The notes beneath the pieces are model-generated. The model was given only the letters and a program-made list of their open reading frames with translations. It was not told the origin of the DNA and did no database searches. Position numbers and translations under genes: made by a program. From a virus (taxonomy: Duplodnaviria > Caudoviricetes), in the IMG/VR virus record IMGVR_UViG_3300035419_000031, positions 1-30,547 of that record: 30,547 nt of DNA; one strand, written 5' to 3'. Below are positions 5,900-14,471 of the stretch, in pieces (within the stretch, counting starts at the first letter, position 1; every line of letters begins with the position of its first letter).

Positions 5900-6281
5900 G
5901 TGTTTGATTGCAGTAGTATTCTTTGAGGCTAGAGATCAGCCCGTACAGGGCCAGTTTGCAGTCGCAGAGGTGGTAATGAACAGGGTAGAGAGTGACCGCT
6001 GGCCTAATGGGATATGTGAGGTAGTATTCCAGAACAAGCAGTTCTCTTTCACCCATGATGGTAAATCAGACAACCCTCTAAAGTACCTGCATAATGATAT
6101 AGAAAAAAGAGCGTATTTAATTGCAAAAAGTGTTGCCAGAGGGGTTGTAATCGGTGAAAAGATAGGTATATCTAGTACACACTATCATAGAACGGACGTA
6201 AGCCCATACTGGGCAAAACATTACAGGAAGGACGGACAAGTTGGAGAACACATATTCTATACCGCAGTGGATGGAAAATGA
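5892..6281 (+). CDS. SleB-like cell wall hydrolase (Hydrolase_2)
   Basis: CLIAVVFFEARDQ...GQFAVAEVVMNRV...PNGICEVVFQ..QFS...THYH...PYWA...GEHIFY. Confidence 0.9.
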   Translation: MIECLIAVVFFEARDQPVQGQFAVAEVVMNRVESDRWPNGICEVVFQNKQFSFTHDGKSDNPLKYLHNDIEKRAYLIAKSVARGVVIGEKIGISSTHYHRTDVSPYWAKHYRKDGQVGEHIFYTAVDGK

Positions 6282-6423
6282 GCTAGGGCTGCTTATGCCT
6301 AGCCAGATGGAAATATTGGAAGAGGTTATGGAAGGACCCTATGACCGTGAATACTACCAACAGGTATTCAGCAAGGGCTACTTCAATGACCCCCGTGACG
6401 AAAATGGAGAGGTGCCTTACTAA
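6271..6423 (+). CDS. Small acidic hypothetical protein
   Basis: Track ORF 6241..6423; the internal ATG at 6271 minimises overlap; ends DPRDENGEVPY. Confidence 0.6.
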   Translation: MENELGLLMPSQMEILEEVMEGPYDREYYQQVFSKGYFNDPRDENGEVPY

Positions 6424-6572
6424 TGGATTATGTACTGTTTAAAGATGGACAAGAGTTTGAGGTGTTCGATAATATGGAGAATGCCATAGAAGAGGCTACC
6501 CGCTGTTTAGACGATGACTTAGCAGAGGTGTACTCATATTTAGGTGACAAAGAAGTAGAGAAAGTTTACTAA
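6423..6572 (+). CDS. Small acidic hypothetical protein (49 aa)
   Basis: Hand translation MDYVLFKDGQEFEVFDNMENAIEEATRCLDDDLAEVYSYLGDKEVEKVY; TAATG coupling at both ends. Confidence 0.7.
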   Translation: MDYVLFKDGQEFEVFDNMENAIEEATRCLDDDLAEVYSYLGDKEVEKVY

Positions 6573-6703
6573 TGAAACGGAAGCGCAACCCTATGGCTAG
6601 GGATCTGTTACAGCCCAAGTACAGACCTAGGGTTGTGCCAGACAAGAAGAAACCTAAACCCCAGAGAAAACGCAAGCATAAAGGAAAATTAGATGCACAG
6701 TGA
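6572..6703 (+). CDS. Small basic protein resembling ArfA (alternative ribosome rescue factor A)
   Basis: Hand translation MKRKRNPMARDLLQPKYRPRVVPDKKKPKPQRKRKHKGKLDAQ; compare the ArfA core N...L..PLFRQRVEKNKK....RKGKH. Confidence 0.55.
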   Translation: MKRKRNPMARDLLQPKYRPRVVPDKKKPKPQRKRKHKGKLDAQ

Positions 6704-7358
6704 AATAGAAGTAGAGATGAATGGCTACATGGGAACTGACTTGATTGTATGTAATGCCGCCCGTGTGTCATTCAATAAAGAGACTGAGTGGGAATATGCT
6801 GACCCCTTTGGACCGCCAAACCTAAAAGAGAAGGATAGTAAACTAATCAAGTACCTAGCCAAGCACAAACACATGTCACCATTCGGACATTGCTTTGTGT
6901 CTTTTACAGTCAAGGCTCCTATCTTTGTTGCCCGTCAGTTGGTTAAGCATAAGTTCCTACGTTGGAATGAGGTAAGCCGTAGGTATGTTGACAGTGACCC
7001 TGAGTTCTATGAACCCATTTGGCGCAGCCGTGCAGATAATGTAAAGCAAGGGTCAGGTGGCCCAGTGGAAATTAGTCTGGATGCAGAGATGTTGTATCAC
7101 GCTACGATGCGCAATGCCCTGTCTACCTATGACAGTCTGCTAGAAGATGGTGTAGCCCCTGAGATGGCCCGTATGGTATTACCGCAAAACATGATGACTG
7201 AGTGGTGGTGGTCAGGTAGCCTAGATGCTTGGGCAGACATGTGCAAGCTACGTTGCTCTAGTGACACACAGGCTGAGACAAGAGAGGTAGCCAGTCAGAT
7301 TAGTGTCAAGATGTGGGAGTTATTCCCTGAGTCTTGGGAAGCGTTGAGGGCTAATTAG
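6693..7358 (+). CDS. thyX: Flavin-dependent thymidylate synthase ThyX
   Basis: NAARVSF, HKHMSPFGH, APIFVARQLVKH, WNEVSRRY, GVAPEMARMVLPQ, LRCSSDTQAETR. Confidence 0.95.
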   Translation: MHSEIEVEMNGYMGTDLIVCNAARVSFNKETEWEYADPFGPPNLKEKDSKLIKYLAKHKHMSPFGHCFVSFTVKAPIFVARQLVKHKFLRWNEVSRRYVDSDPEFYEPIWRSRADNVKQGSGGPVEISLDAEMLYHATMRNALSTYDSLLEDGVAPEMARMVLPQNMMTEWWWSGSLDAWADMCKLRCSSDTQAETREVASQISVKMWELFPESWEALRAN

Positions 7359-7492
7359 TGACCATAGGGGAGTTTATACCCTACATCATAGCCCAATCTG
7401 TCGTGCTAGGTAGTATAGCGTTTATACCGTGTTGGGTAATATTCTTAATAGTAATGCAAATAAGGAAAAGTAATGCAAGGAAACATAAATGA
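7358..7492 (+). CDS. Putative small membrane protein (44 aa)
   Basis: GTG start; MTIGEFIPYIIAQSVVLGSIAFIPCWVIFLIVMQIRKSNARKHK, one TM segment plus a basic tail; fills the thyX-sigma gap. Confidence 0.55.
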   Translation: MTIGEFIPYIIAQSVVLGSIAFIPCWVIFLIVMQIRKSNARKHK

Positions 7493-7998
7493 ACTATGAT
7501 ATGACAAACGAAGAGATGGCACACTACTTTGCTGCTAGGTATGGCAACCCTGAGAAGTACGAAGATTTGTACCAAGAGGCTTGGGTAGCCATCCTAGAGG
7601 CAGAGGGCAAGGGCTTAGATAGAAAGGGTGTGTACTGGCATGTGAAGCCCCATGTGAGCCGATATTATAACTACCGTGACCGTGTAGTGCCACTACCACC
7701 CAGAGGCGGCTCTAAGAGCTTGCTAGAGGGCCATGAGATTGAATACGACATCAAGGATTATATGTCTATCTCACCAGACCATGCGGAAGCCTACGAACTA
7801 AAAAGGGAAGTAGATTTTATGCTAAAAAACATGGCAGAGGGGCTTGCATGTCAAGACAGACAAGTGCTAGAAGATATACACTACAAAGGCAAGAGCTACA
7901 GAGATTTGGCAAAAGAACGTGGTTACAGTCACGTATGGTGGCAAAAATATCACACTCAGCTTTTAAATAAGCTAAAAAGTTTACAGGACCCAAATTAA
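7489..7998 (+). CDS. Phage-encoded sigma70-family (ECF-sized) sigma factor
   Basis: Region-2-like YEDLYQEAWVAILEA and region-4-like L..QDRQVLEDIHYKGKSYRDLAKERGYS HTH. Confidence 0.75.
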   Translation: MNYDMTNEEMAHYFAARYGNPEKYEDLYQEAWVAILEAEGKGLDRKGVYWHVKPHVSRYYNYRDRVVPLPPRGGSKSLLEGHEIEYDIKDYMSISPDHAEAYELKREVDFMLKNMAEGLACQDRQVLEDIHYKGKSYRDLAKERGYSHVWWQKYHTQLLNKLKSLQDPN

Positions 7999-8006
7999 GT
8001 ACCATA
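7978..8006 (+). promoter_or_regulatory. Phage promoter motif, copy 2 (upstream of primase-helicase)
   Basis: AGTTTACAG-gacccaaatt-AAGTACCATA. Confidence 0.75.
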
Positions 8007-8052
8007 TATAAAAGTAACCCCTTTACTACTACTACAAAAGGAAAACTAAAGT

Positions 8053-9630
8053 ATGTCAGAGAAAGCACATCAACCATGTCCATATGTAGATTGTGGATCG
8101 TCAGATGCCTTTAGTTATAATACTAATGGTTATGGGCGTTGTCATAGTTGTGAAAGGGGATACCCGTCAAAAGATGCTATGCAACCTTGGGCAAAGGAGA
8201 GATACCCCACCGTGGAAAAAGATGGATATAATGATCTTAGGTCTATGTTGTCTAATACAGCTACCCCTGTAGTGGAAACTAAAGGCACGTTTAAAGAGAT
8301 GCGAGGCATTCAGTCACGCACAATGGAAGAGTACGGTGTGTACACCTTCAACGACACACAAGAATACATCTACCCCTCTGGGGGAAAGAAAGTCAGAGTA
8401 GTATCTGACAAGAAGTTCTTTACTAAGGATGGCTTCAAGGGTGACGAACTGTTTGGTATGAACCTGTTTCCAGCAGGTAGTAGTAAATTTGTCACAATCA
8501 CTGAGGGTGAGCTAGATGCCATGTCAGTGTGGCAGATGATTAAATCTCAGTACACTACTCCTGTCGTGTCTCTACCATCAGCAACCCCGTCAAAGAAGCT
8601 GTGGGAGAATTGCAAAGAGTGGTTAGACAGCTTTGAGAAGATTATTCTGTCTGTCGATACAGATGACGCTGGCAACGCTATAGCTGACCGTATGGCTCGC
8701 TTGTTTCCTAACAAGGTCTACCGTGTAGATCATGGCAAATACAAGGACGCAAACGATTTCCTACAGGCTGGGGCAGCACAACAGTTTAAGAACGTCTGGT
8801 GGAAGCCTATCAAGCACACACCAGAGAATGTTATCAATACTGCTGACCAGTTTCTAAAGATGTATGACGAAACACCAGAGCATGTCTACGTGCCTACAGG
8901 CATACAGGCACTGGATGACAAGATCTTAGGGCTTATGCAGGGTCACTTTACTATGTTCAAGGCCCCCACAGGAATTGGTAAGACTGAGCTTATGCGTTAC
9001 CTAGAGTATCAGATGCTACAGAGAAATATTCCTATTGCTACTTGGCACCTAGAGGAAACAAAGTTGCGTTCACTCTTAGGTCTTGCGTCCTATGAGATGA
9101 ATGACAATGTAACAAGGCGTGACCTTATCGAAGAGAAGGGAGTAGACGCAGAGGTACGTGGTGCCATTGTAAAGCTAACCAAGGATGAAAACCTGTATCA
9201 ATTCTATTTACAGGACGGACAGGGTGCCGACGAATTATGCGATCAGATACGCTTTTTCAGTCAGGCATGTGATTGCAAGTTTGTCTTTTTCGAGCCAATT
9301 CAAGATGTTATCAGTGGTTCGAGTGAGGACAGCAAGGAGCAGCAGCTTGCAGACCTGTCCGTCCGTCTGTCAAAGTTGGCAGCGGAGCTTAACATTGGTA
9401 TTGTGTCAATCGGTCACACCAACGAAAACGGTGATTTTAAGTATTGTAAGATGATTGGTCAACGTGCTAGTGTTATCATAGATTTGTACCGTGACAAGGA
9501 GTCAGAAGATTTGGAAGAGAGAAACACAACGTATCTCAAGATTGAAAAGAACCGCCCATCATCAGAAGAGGGATCAGCAGGGCGCATGAGGTTCAACTAC
9601 GATACATTTACATTGAGGGAGATCCTGTAG
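8053..9630 (+). CDS. T7 gp4-like DNA primase-helicase
   Basis: Zn finger (CPYVDCGSSDA...CHSC), TOPRIM ITEGELDAMS and DTDDAG, KDANDFL, Walker A APTGIGKT, IEKNR. Confidence 0.95.
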   Translation: MSEKAHQPCPYVDCGSSDAFSYNTNGYGRCHSCERGYPSKDAMQPWAKERYPTVEKDGYNDLRSMLSNTATPVVETKGTFKEMRGIQSRTMEEYGVYTFNDTQEYIYPSGGKKVRVVSDKKFFTKDGFKGDELFGMNLFPAGSSKFVTITEGELDAMSVWQMIKSQYTTPVVSLPSATPSKKLWENCKEWLDSFEKIILSVDTDDAGNAIADRMARLFPNKVYRVDHGKYKDANDFLQAGAAQQFKNVWWKPIKHTPENVINTADQFLKMYDETPEHVYVPTGIQALDDKILGLMQGHFTMFKAPTGIGKTELMRYLEYQMLQRNIPIATWHLEETKLRSLLGLASYEMNDNVTRRDLIEEKGVDAEVRGAIVKLTKDENLYQFYLQDGQGADELCDQIRFFSQACDCKFVFFEPIQDVISGSSEDSKEQQLADLSVRLSKLAAELNIGIVSIGHTNENGDFKYCKMIGQRASVIIDLYRDKESEDLEERNTTYLKIEKNRPSSEEGSAGRMRFNYDTFTLREIL

Positions 9631-10028
9631 TGGAATATGACCTGTTTGGGAACCCTATAACAGCCATACGGAGTGATGGTCTTGGTAAAGAGTGCATAGT
9701 GTGTGGTGAGTACAAATTCAAAGAAGAGTTTGATATCCACACTGGACACAAAGATAATAGAGATGGCAGATGTAGGGCTTGCAAACGGGTGCAAGTTCAA
9801 ATAAGAAACGCAATAAGGAAAGGCGCACCACCAAAACCTGATGCTTGTGATTGTTGCGGTAAGGTGTATGAACCTAGGCTAATAGTGTTAGACCATGACC
9901 ACGACACTAATGAGTTTAGGGGATGGATATGTCACTACTGTAATGCTGGTATAGGTCAGCTTGGTGACACAATAGAGGGGCTTGAGAAAGCCATGACGTA
10001 TATGAGGAAACATTATGACAGTATTTGA
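9630..10028 (+). CDS. Endonuclease VII-like HNH endonuclease (possible homing endonuclease)
   Basis: CDCCG...VLDHDHDTNEFRGWICHYCNAGIGQLGD; extra N-terminal CxxC pair. Confidence 0.88.
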   Translation: MEYDLFGNPITAIRSDGLGKECIVCGEYKFKEEFDIHTGHKDNRDGRCRACKRVQVQIRNAIRKGAPPKPDACDCCGKVYEPRLIVLDHDHDTNEFRGWICHYCNAGIGQLGDTIEGLEKAMTYMRKHYDSI

Positions 10029-11847
10029 TATAGAAACAGATGGACTAAACCCAACAAAGATACACGTAATATCTTGGATGGATGACAATGGTGTGGTTCA
10101 GTATACACACGACTATATAGCTATGCGTATCTTGCTTGAGGAAGCGTCTATCCTGATTGGTCATAACATTGTGCGGTATGATATCCCCGCAGTGGAAAAG
10201 ATCTTGGGTGTACAGATTAGTGCAAAGCTGGTAGACACTCTGGCTCTGTCTTGGTATCTCAACTTTGACCGTGGCTCACATGGCCTTGAGGGTTACGGAG
10301 AGGACTATGGAGTGCCTAAGCCTAAGATCACTGACTGGTCAACCCTGACGCCAGAAGAGTACGCTCACAGGTGCAATGAGGATGTCAAGATCAACGCTAG
10401 ACTATGGCGTGACCTAGAGCTAAAACTAAAACGTCTATACCCTAACGAAGATGACAAGTGGCGTCTGATTGACTATCTCACATTCAAGTTACAATGTGCG
10501 GCAGAACAAGAGGCCCTGCAATGGAAACTAGACGTAGAGAAAGCCAAAGGTCATGTGGCAGAGTGGGAACAGTCTAAGCTAGAGAAGACAGAAGCTCTGG
10601 CAGATGTTATGCCACCAGTACAGAAGTATGTCATGCGTAACAGGCCAAAGGTTTACTTCAAGGCTGACGGTAGTATGTCTGCTAATGGGGCTAAGTGGGA
10701 ACAGTTGTGTAAAGACCACAAGGCACCTACCACTACTCAAAGCCTAAAGGTTAAGGTGGGCGAAGATCGTGCCAACCCTAGCTCAGTGCAGCAGGTAAAA
10801 GAGTGGTTATTCATGCTGGGATGGAAACCTAGAACATTTAAGTATATAAGGGAAGATGATGGCTCCACAAGGAAACTGGAACAAATACGGAAAGACGGAG
10901 AACTCTGTGAGTCCGTTAGAGAGTTGGCTGCTATCGAACCAGCTATTAGCTTGCTTGATGGCCTTACTGTTCTTAGCCATCGTATATCTGTCCTTAAAGG
11001 GATGGTTGACTCAGAGCATGATGGATACGTGCAAGCAAGTGTTGCAGGGTTCACTAACACTCTCAGGTTCCGACATGCAAGACCTCTTGTCAACTTGCCA
11101 TCAGTGGATAAGCCCTACGGAGAAGAGATAAGAGGGTGCCTAACTGCACCAGATGGATACACCCTATGTGGGGCAGATATGACTAGCTTAGAGGACACTA
11201 CAAAGCGTCACTACATGAAGCCACTAGACCCAGATTACGTTGCAGAAATGTCTAAGGATGGGTTTGACCCTCACCTTGACCTTGCCAAACATGCTGGTGT
11301 TGTAACACAAGAGGATATAGATAAACACAACACAGGAGAGCGTAGCCTAAAGTCCCTGCGTAAGAACTACAAGGTGGTCAACTACAGTGCTACATACGGC
11401 GTAGGTAAGCATACCCTATCCAGAAACACAGGCATGTCTGAGGACGAAGCACAGACGCTCCTAGACGCCTTCTGGTCACGTAACTGGTCTGTGGAGAAGG
11501 TGAGTAAAGATGCTAGAACTAGAACTCTGGGTGGGCATACTTGGCTGTACAATCCTGTTAGTAGGTTCTGGTATTCGTTAAGGTCAGATAAGGATAGGTT
11601 CAGTACCCTAAATCAAGGCACAGGTGTATTTTGTTTTGATAGTTGGGTTCAATATTGTCGTGGTTTCTTACTAAAGACTATCGGTCAATTCCACGACGAA
11701 ATTATCGTACTAGTACCAGAAGGAGAAGAGCAAAACACTGAAAATAAAATGAAAACTGCCATAGAACTTCTTAATGAAGAACTACAACTAAACGTACATC
11801 TAGGGATAGAAGCACAATTCGGAAGTACATACGCAGATATCCATTAG
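10015..11847 (+). CDS. polA: Family A DNA polymerase (T7-like) with 3'-5' exonuclease
   Basis: FDIETDG, GHNIVRYD; motif A GADMTSLE, motif B RKNYKVVNYSATYG, motif C QFHDEI. Confidence 0.95.
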   Translation: MTVFDIETDGLNPTKIHVISWMDDNGVVQYTHDYIAMRILLEEASILIGHNIVRYDIPAVEKILGVQISAKLVDTLALSWYLNFDRGSHGLEGYGEDYGVPKPKITDWSTLTPEEYAHRCNEDVKINARLWRDLELKLKRLYPNEDDKWRLIDYLTFKLQCAAEQEALQWKLDVEKAKGHVAEWEQSKLEKTEALADVMPPVQKYVMRNRPKVYFKADGSMSANGAKWEQLCKDHKAPTTTQSLKVKVGEDRANPSSVQQVKEWLFMLGWKPRTFKYIREDDGSTRKLEQIRKDGELCESVRELAAIEPAISLLDGLTVLSHRISVLKGMVDSEHDGYVQASVAGFTNTLRFRHARPLVNLPSVDKPYGEEIRGCLTAPDGYTLCGADMTSLEDTTKRHYMKPLDPDYVAEMSKDGFDPHLDLAKHAGVVTQEDIDKHNTGERSLKSLRKNYKVVNYSATYGVGKHTLSRNTGMSEDEAQTLLDAFWSRNWSVEKVSKDARTRTLGGHTWLYNPVSRFWYSLRSDKDRFSTLNQGTGVFCFDSWVQYCRGFLLKTIGQFHDEIIVLVPEGEEQNTENKMKTAIELLNEELQLNVHLGIEAQFGSTYADIH

Positions 11848-11865
11848 AAAAAAAGTTACTAATTT

Positions 11866-11894
11866 AGTTTACAGTAGCGAAAAAAAGTACCATA
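11866..11894 (+). promoter_or_regulatory. Phage promoter motif, copy 3 (upstream of the SSB operon)
   Basis: AGTTTACAG-tagcgaaaaa-AAGTACCATA. Confidence 0.75.
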
Positions 11895-11927
11895 CATATA
11901 TACCAGTCACAGAAAGGACTATACATA

Positions 11928-12473
11928 ATGGCAAAATATACACTCGACATGGTTCTGGAATATGCCAAAGTTTTTCCAGAGAACGCAGATATGGGCAACC
12001 CTGATGGACCTGCGTGGCAAAAAGCCATTGCTGACAAAGGTGGTCAGTATGTGGTAAATGCTTTCTTCACAGACGAAGAGCAAATCAACCGACTTATGGC
12101 AGATGGCTTCAAGGCTACCGTCATGGGAAATAACCGTATCCAAGAAGGTAAGGGTGAGTACGGTATCAACAAATACATGAAGATCAAACGTGGTGTCTCT
12201 GATGACATAAGGGATTGGATTGACCCTATGACGAAACAGCCTATCAATCTTGGTGGACCTGTTAAGGTTGTAGACTTACGACAAGGCCGTGAAAACGTCA
12301 AAAGGTGGCAGTTTGCGACCGATGGTGAGTTAGGCAACGGTACTAAGGCAAAGGTTCAGTTTGAAACCTACGCTGATGGTAACGGTGTCCGACTAAATGG
12401 CATTGCTGTAACTGAATTAGTAGAACGTACCAGTGAGCCTACGGAAGATGACCAGATCTTTATGGTGGCATAA
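11928..12473 (+). CDS. Probable ssDNA-binding protein (T7 gp2.5-like)
   Basis: Position between polymerase and exonuclease; ELGNGTKAKV...GVRLNGIAVTELV beta pattern; acidic C-terminus. Confidence 0.65.
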   Translation: MAKYTLDMVLEYAKVFPENADMGNPDGPAWQKAIADKGGQYVVNAFFTDEEQINRLMADGFKATVMGNNRIQEGKGEYGINKYMKIKRGVSDDIRDWIDPMTKQPINLGGPVKVVDLRQGRENVKRWQFATDGELGNGTKAKVQFETYADGNGVRLNGIAVTELVERTSEPTEDDQIFMVA

Positions 12474-12673
12474 TGAGAGCCAGCGTAAGTTTTTACTTCG
12501 ATAAAGAAGATGATGGTTACGAAGGTTCAGTAGACCTATCCCGTGATGAAGTAGAAGACCTAGATACTATGCTATACTTCCTGACCGAAGCTATTAGAGC
12601 ATCTGGGTTCAACTACGTTACAGCATTGGGCGCTCACAAAGAAGGCGGCGATATCGTCTGGTCTGAGTCATAA
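12473..12673 (+). CDS. Small acidic hypothetical protein
   Basis: 66 aa, TAATG-coupled on both sides. Confidence 0.75.
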   Translation: MRASVSFYFDKEDDGYEGSVDLSRDEVEDLDTMLYFLTEAIRASGFNYVTALGAHKEGGDIVWSES

Positions 12674-13380
12674 TGGACTATGGCAAGGCGCTGATAGACG
12701 GTGACGTATTCGCCTATCGTGCGGCCTTTGCTACCCAAGGTGGTTCTGAAACAGATGCCCGTGTTAAGATTGATAACCTACTACAGAACAGCATAGAGTT
12801 TGTATGTGATTGGCTGTATGACAGCGCAGACTATGAAATCTACCTGACCTGTAGTGGTTATCAGTTTAGGCACGACATTGCTAAGTCACATGTGTACAAG
12901 GGAAATAGGAAAGGTAAACCAAAGCCTACACACCTGTCGTACATACGTGACTATATGATATCAGACTGGAAAGCTATTACCAGTGTGGAACAAGAAGCGG
13001 ATGACTGTCTAGCTATACAAGCAACAGAATTAGATTATGATTGTACCATTGTATCAGTTGACAAGGATATGCTACAAGTACCGTGCTGGCACTACAATCC
13101 AGTAAAAGGTAGTATGGTAAGAGTGCAACCCTTTGAGGGAACTAAGTTCTTCTATACTCAAGTACTTACTGGTGACAGTGCTGATAACATACATGGCTTA
13201 TACAAAGTTGGACCTAAGAAGGCAGACAAGATCTTAGACGGTGCTGCCACAGAGGAAGAGCTTTGGGAAGCTGTAGTTAAGGCTTACGAGGGTGACGTAG
13301 ATCGTGTAATAGAAAATGCTAGGCTTCTTTGGCTTAGACGATATGAGGGAGAAATATGGCAACCACCAGACAGGCAATAA
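12673..13380 (+). CDS. 5'-3' exonuclease (T7 gp6/FEN-like)
   Basis: LIDGD, YKGNR, EADD, SVDKDMLQ, LTGDSADNIHGLYKVGPKKA. Confidence 0.93.
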   Translation: MDYGKALIDGDVFAYRAAFATQGGSETDARVKIDNLLQNSIEFVCDWLYDSADYEIYLTCSGYQFRHDIAKSHVYKGNRKGKPKPTHLSYIRDYMISDWKAITSVEQEADDCLAIQATELDYDCTIVSVDKDMLQVPCWHYNPVKGSMVRVQPFEGTKFFYTQVLTGDSADNIHGLYKVGPKKADKILDGAATEEELWEAVVKAYEGDVDRVIENARLLWLRRYEGEIWQPPDRQ

Positions 13381-13736
13381 AACATGGCTGGCGTTCTGGT
13401 TTGGAAGAGAGGGTAGCTAAGGAGCTATCGGAGTCTGGGATCAAGTATGAGTACGAAAGTATGAAGATCAAGTATGATGTTAGTGAGACACGTACTTATA
13501 CCCCAGACTTTATTCTCCCCAATGGGATTATCGTCGAGACAAAAGGTAGGTTTGTTGCAGCAGACAGAAAGAAGCACTTACTAATACAGAAGCAGTTTGA
13601 CTACTTTGACATTAGGTTTGTGTTTCAGAATGCTAGAGCTAAGTTATTCAAGGGGGCTAAGTCAACATACTCTCAGTGGTGTGATAAGCATGGTTTCCTA
13701 TGGGCGCAAGGCTCTATACCAGAGGAATGGCTATGA
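13356..13736 (+). CDS. Endonuclease I / Holliday junction resolvase (T7 gp3-like)
   Basis: RSGLEERVA, YTPDFILPNGIIVETKGRF, DIRFVFQ, TYSQWCDKHGF. Confidence 0.95.
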   Translation: MATTRQAIKHGWRSGLEERVAKELSESGIKYEYESMKIKYDVSETRTYTPDFILPNGIIVETKGRFVAADRKKHLLIQKQFDYFDIRFVFQNARAKLFKGAKSTYSQWCDKHGFLWAQGSIPEEWL

Positions 13737-13930
13737 TGATAGGCGAGTACATACAAGTGTACGATGTAATTGACGAAGAAGACGATTTAGAGAAACTAAG
13801 AAACATGGCAAAGTACCTACTAGTAGGGCGAGCCTTAAATGATAGAAATGTGTCAGAGGATGAAGCTATAGCATTAGCTGAGTATTCTTCCGTTGACATG
13901 GGAATGGCAGAGGAGATGACTATACATTGA
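13733..13930 (+). CDS. Hypothetical protein
   Basis: Track ORF 13700..13930; the ATGA overlap with the endonuclease stop favours a start at 13733. Confidence 0.65.
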   Translation: MMIGEYIQVYDVIDEEDDLEKLRNMAKYLLVGRALNDRNVSEDEAIALAEYSSVDMGMAEEMTIH

Positions 13931-14265
13931 TGTATTCAGCTAAGGACATGAAAGATATGATTGACATGTACTCACAGTTTGTAGAGGACAAGATGCTTAC
14001 CAAGGGGCGTGAGCGGTTAATTGAGAATGCACTAGGTCTTACTGGCGAAGCTGGTGAGGTATCAGAGAAGATCAAGAAATTGTTTCGTGATAAGCGAATT
14101 GATGACGATGCGGTCTTGAAAGAGCTAGGAGATGTACTATTTTATACGGTAGCACTATCCAACATCTTTGGTGGCAGTTTGATTAAGATTATCGAATTGA
14201 ACATGGAGAAGTTGAATAGTCGTGTAAAGAATGGTACACTACAAGGATCAGGAGATAATCGGTGA
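13927..14265 (+). CDS. mazG: MazG-like nucleotide pyrophosphohydrolase
   Basis: LGLTGEAGEVSEKIKK...KELGDVLFY...NMEKLNSR...GSGDNR. Confidence 0.9.
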   Translation: MMYSAKDMKDMIDMYSQFVEDKMLTKGRERLIENALGLTGEAGEVSEKIKKLFRDKRIDDDAVLKELGDVLFYTVALSNIFGGSLIKIIELNMEKLNSRVKNGTLQGSGDNR

Positions 14266-14471
14266 GTAAGAAGAAATCAGGCATGTCGTGGTTCTGGCGT
14301 TACATGAACTACCTTGCGACATGGCGAAGTCACCGAATAGCAATTAAACAGCTAAACCAGTTGACCGACAAAGAGCTATATGATATTGGAATAGCTAGGT
14401 CAGACATTGATCGAATGGTCTGGTTAGAAGAAGATAAAACTATGAGAGCGAGAGGAAAAGAACAAGAATGA
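14262..14471 (+). CDS. DUF1127 (YjiS-like) small protein
   Basis: WRSHRIAIKQLNQLTDKELYDIGIARSDI matches the R...L..L.D..L.DIG..R.DI signature. Confidence 0.85.
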   Translation: MSKKKSGMSWFWRYMNYLATWRSHRIAIKQLNQLTDKELYDIGIARSDIDRMVWLEEDKTMRARGKEQE

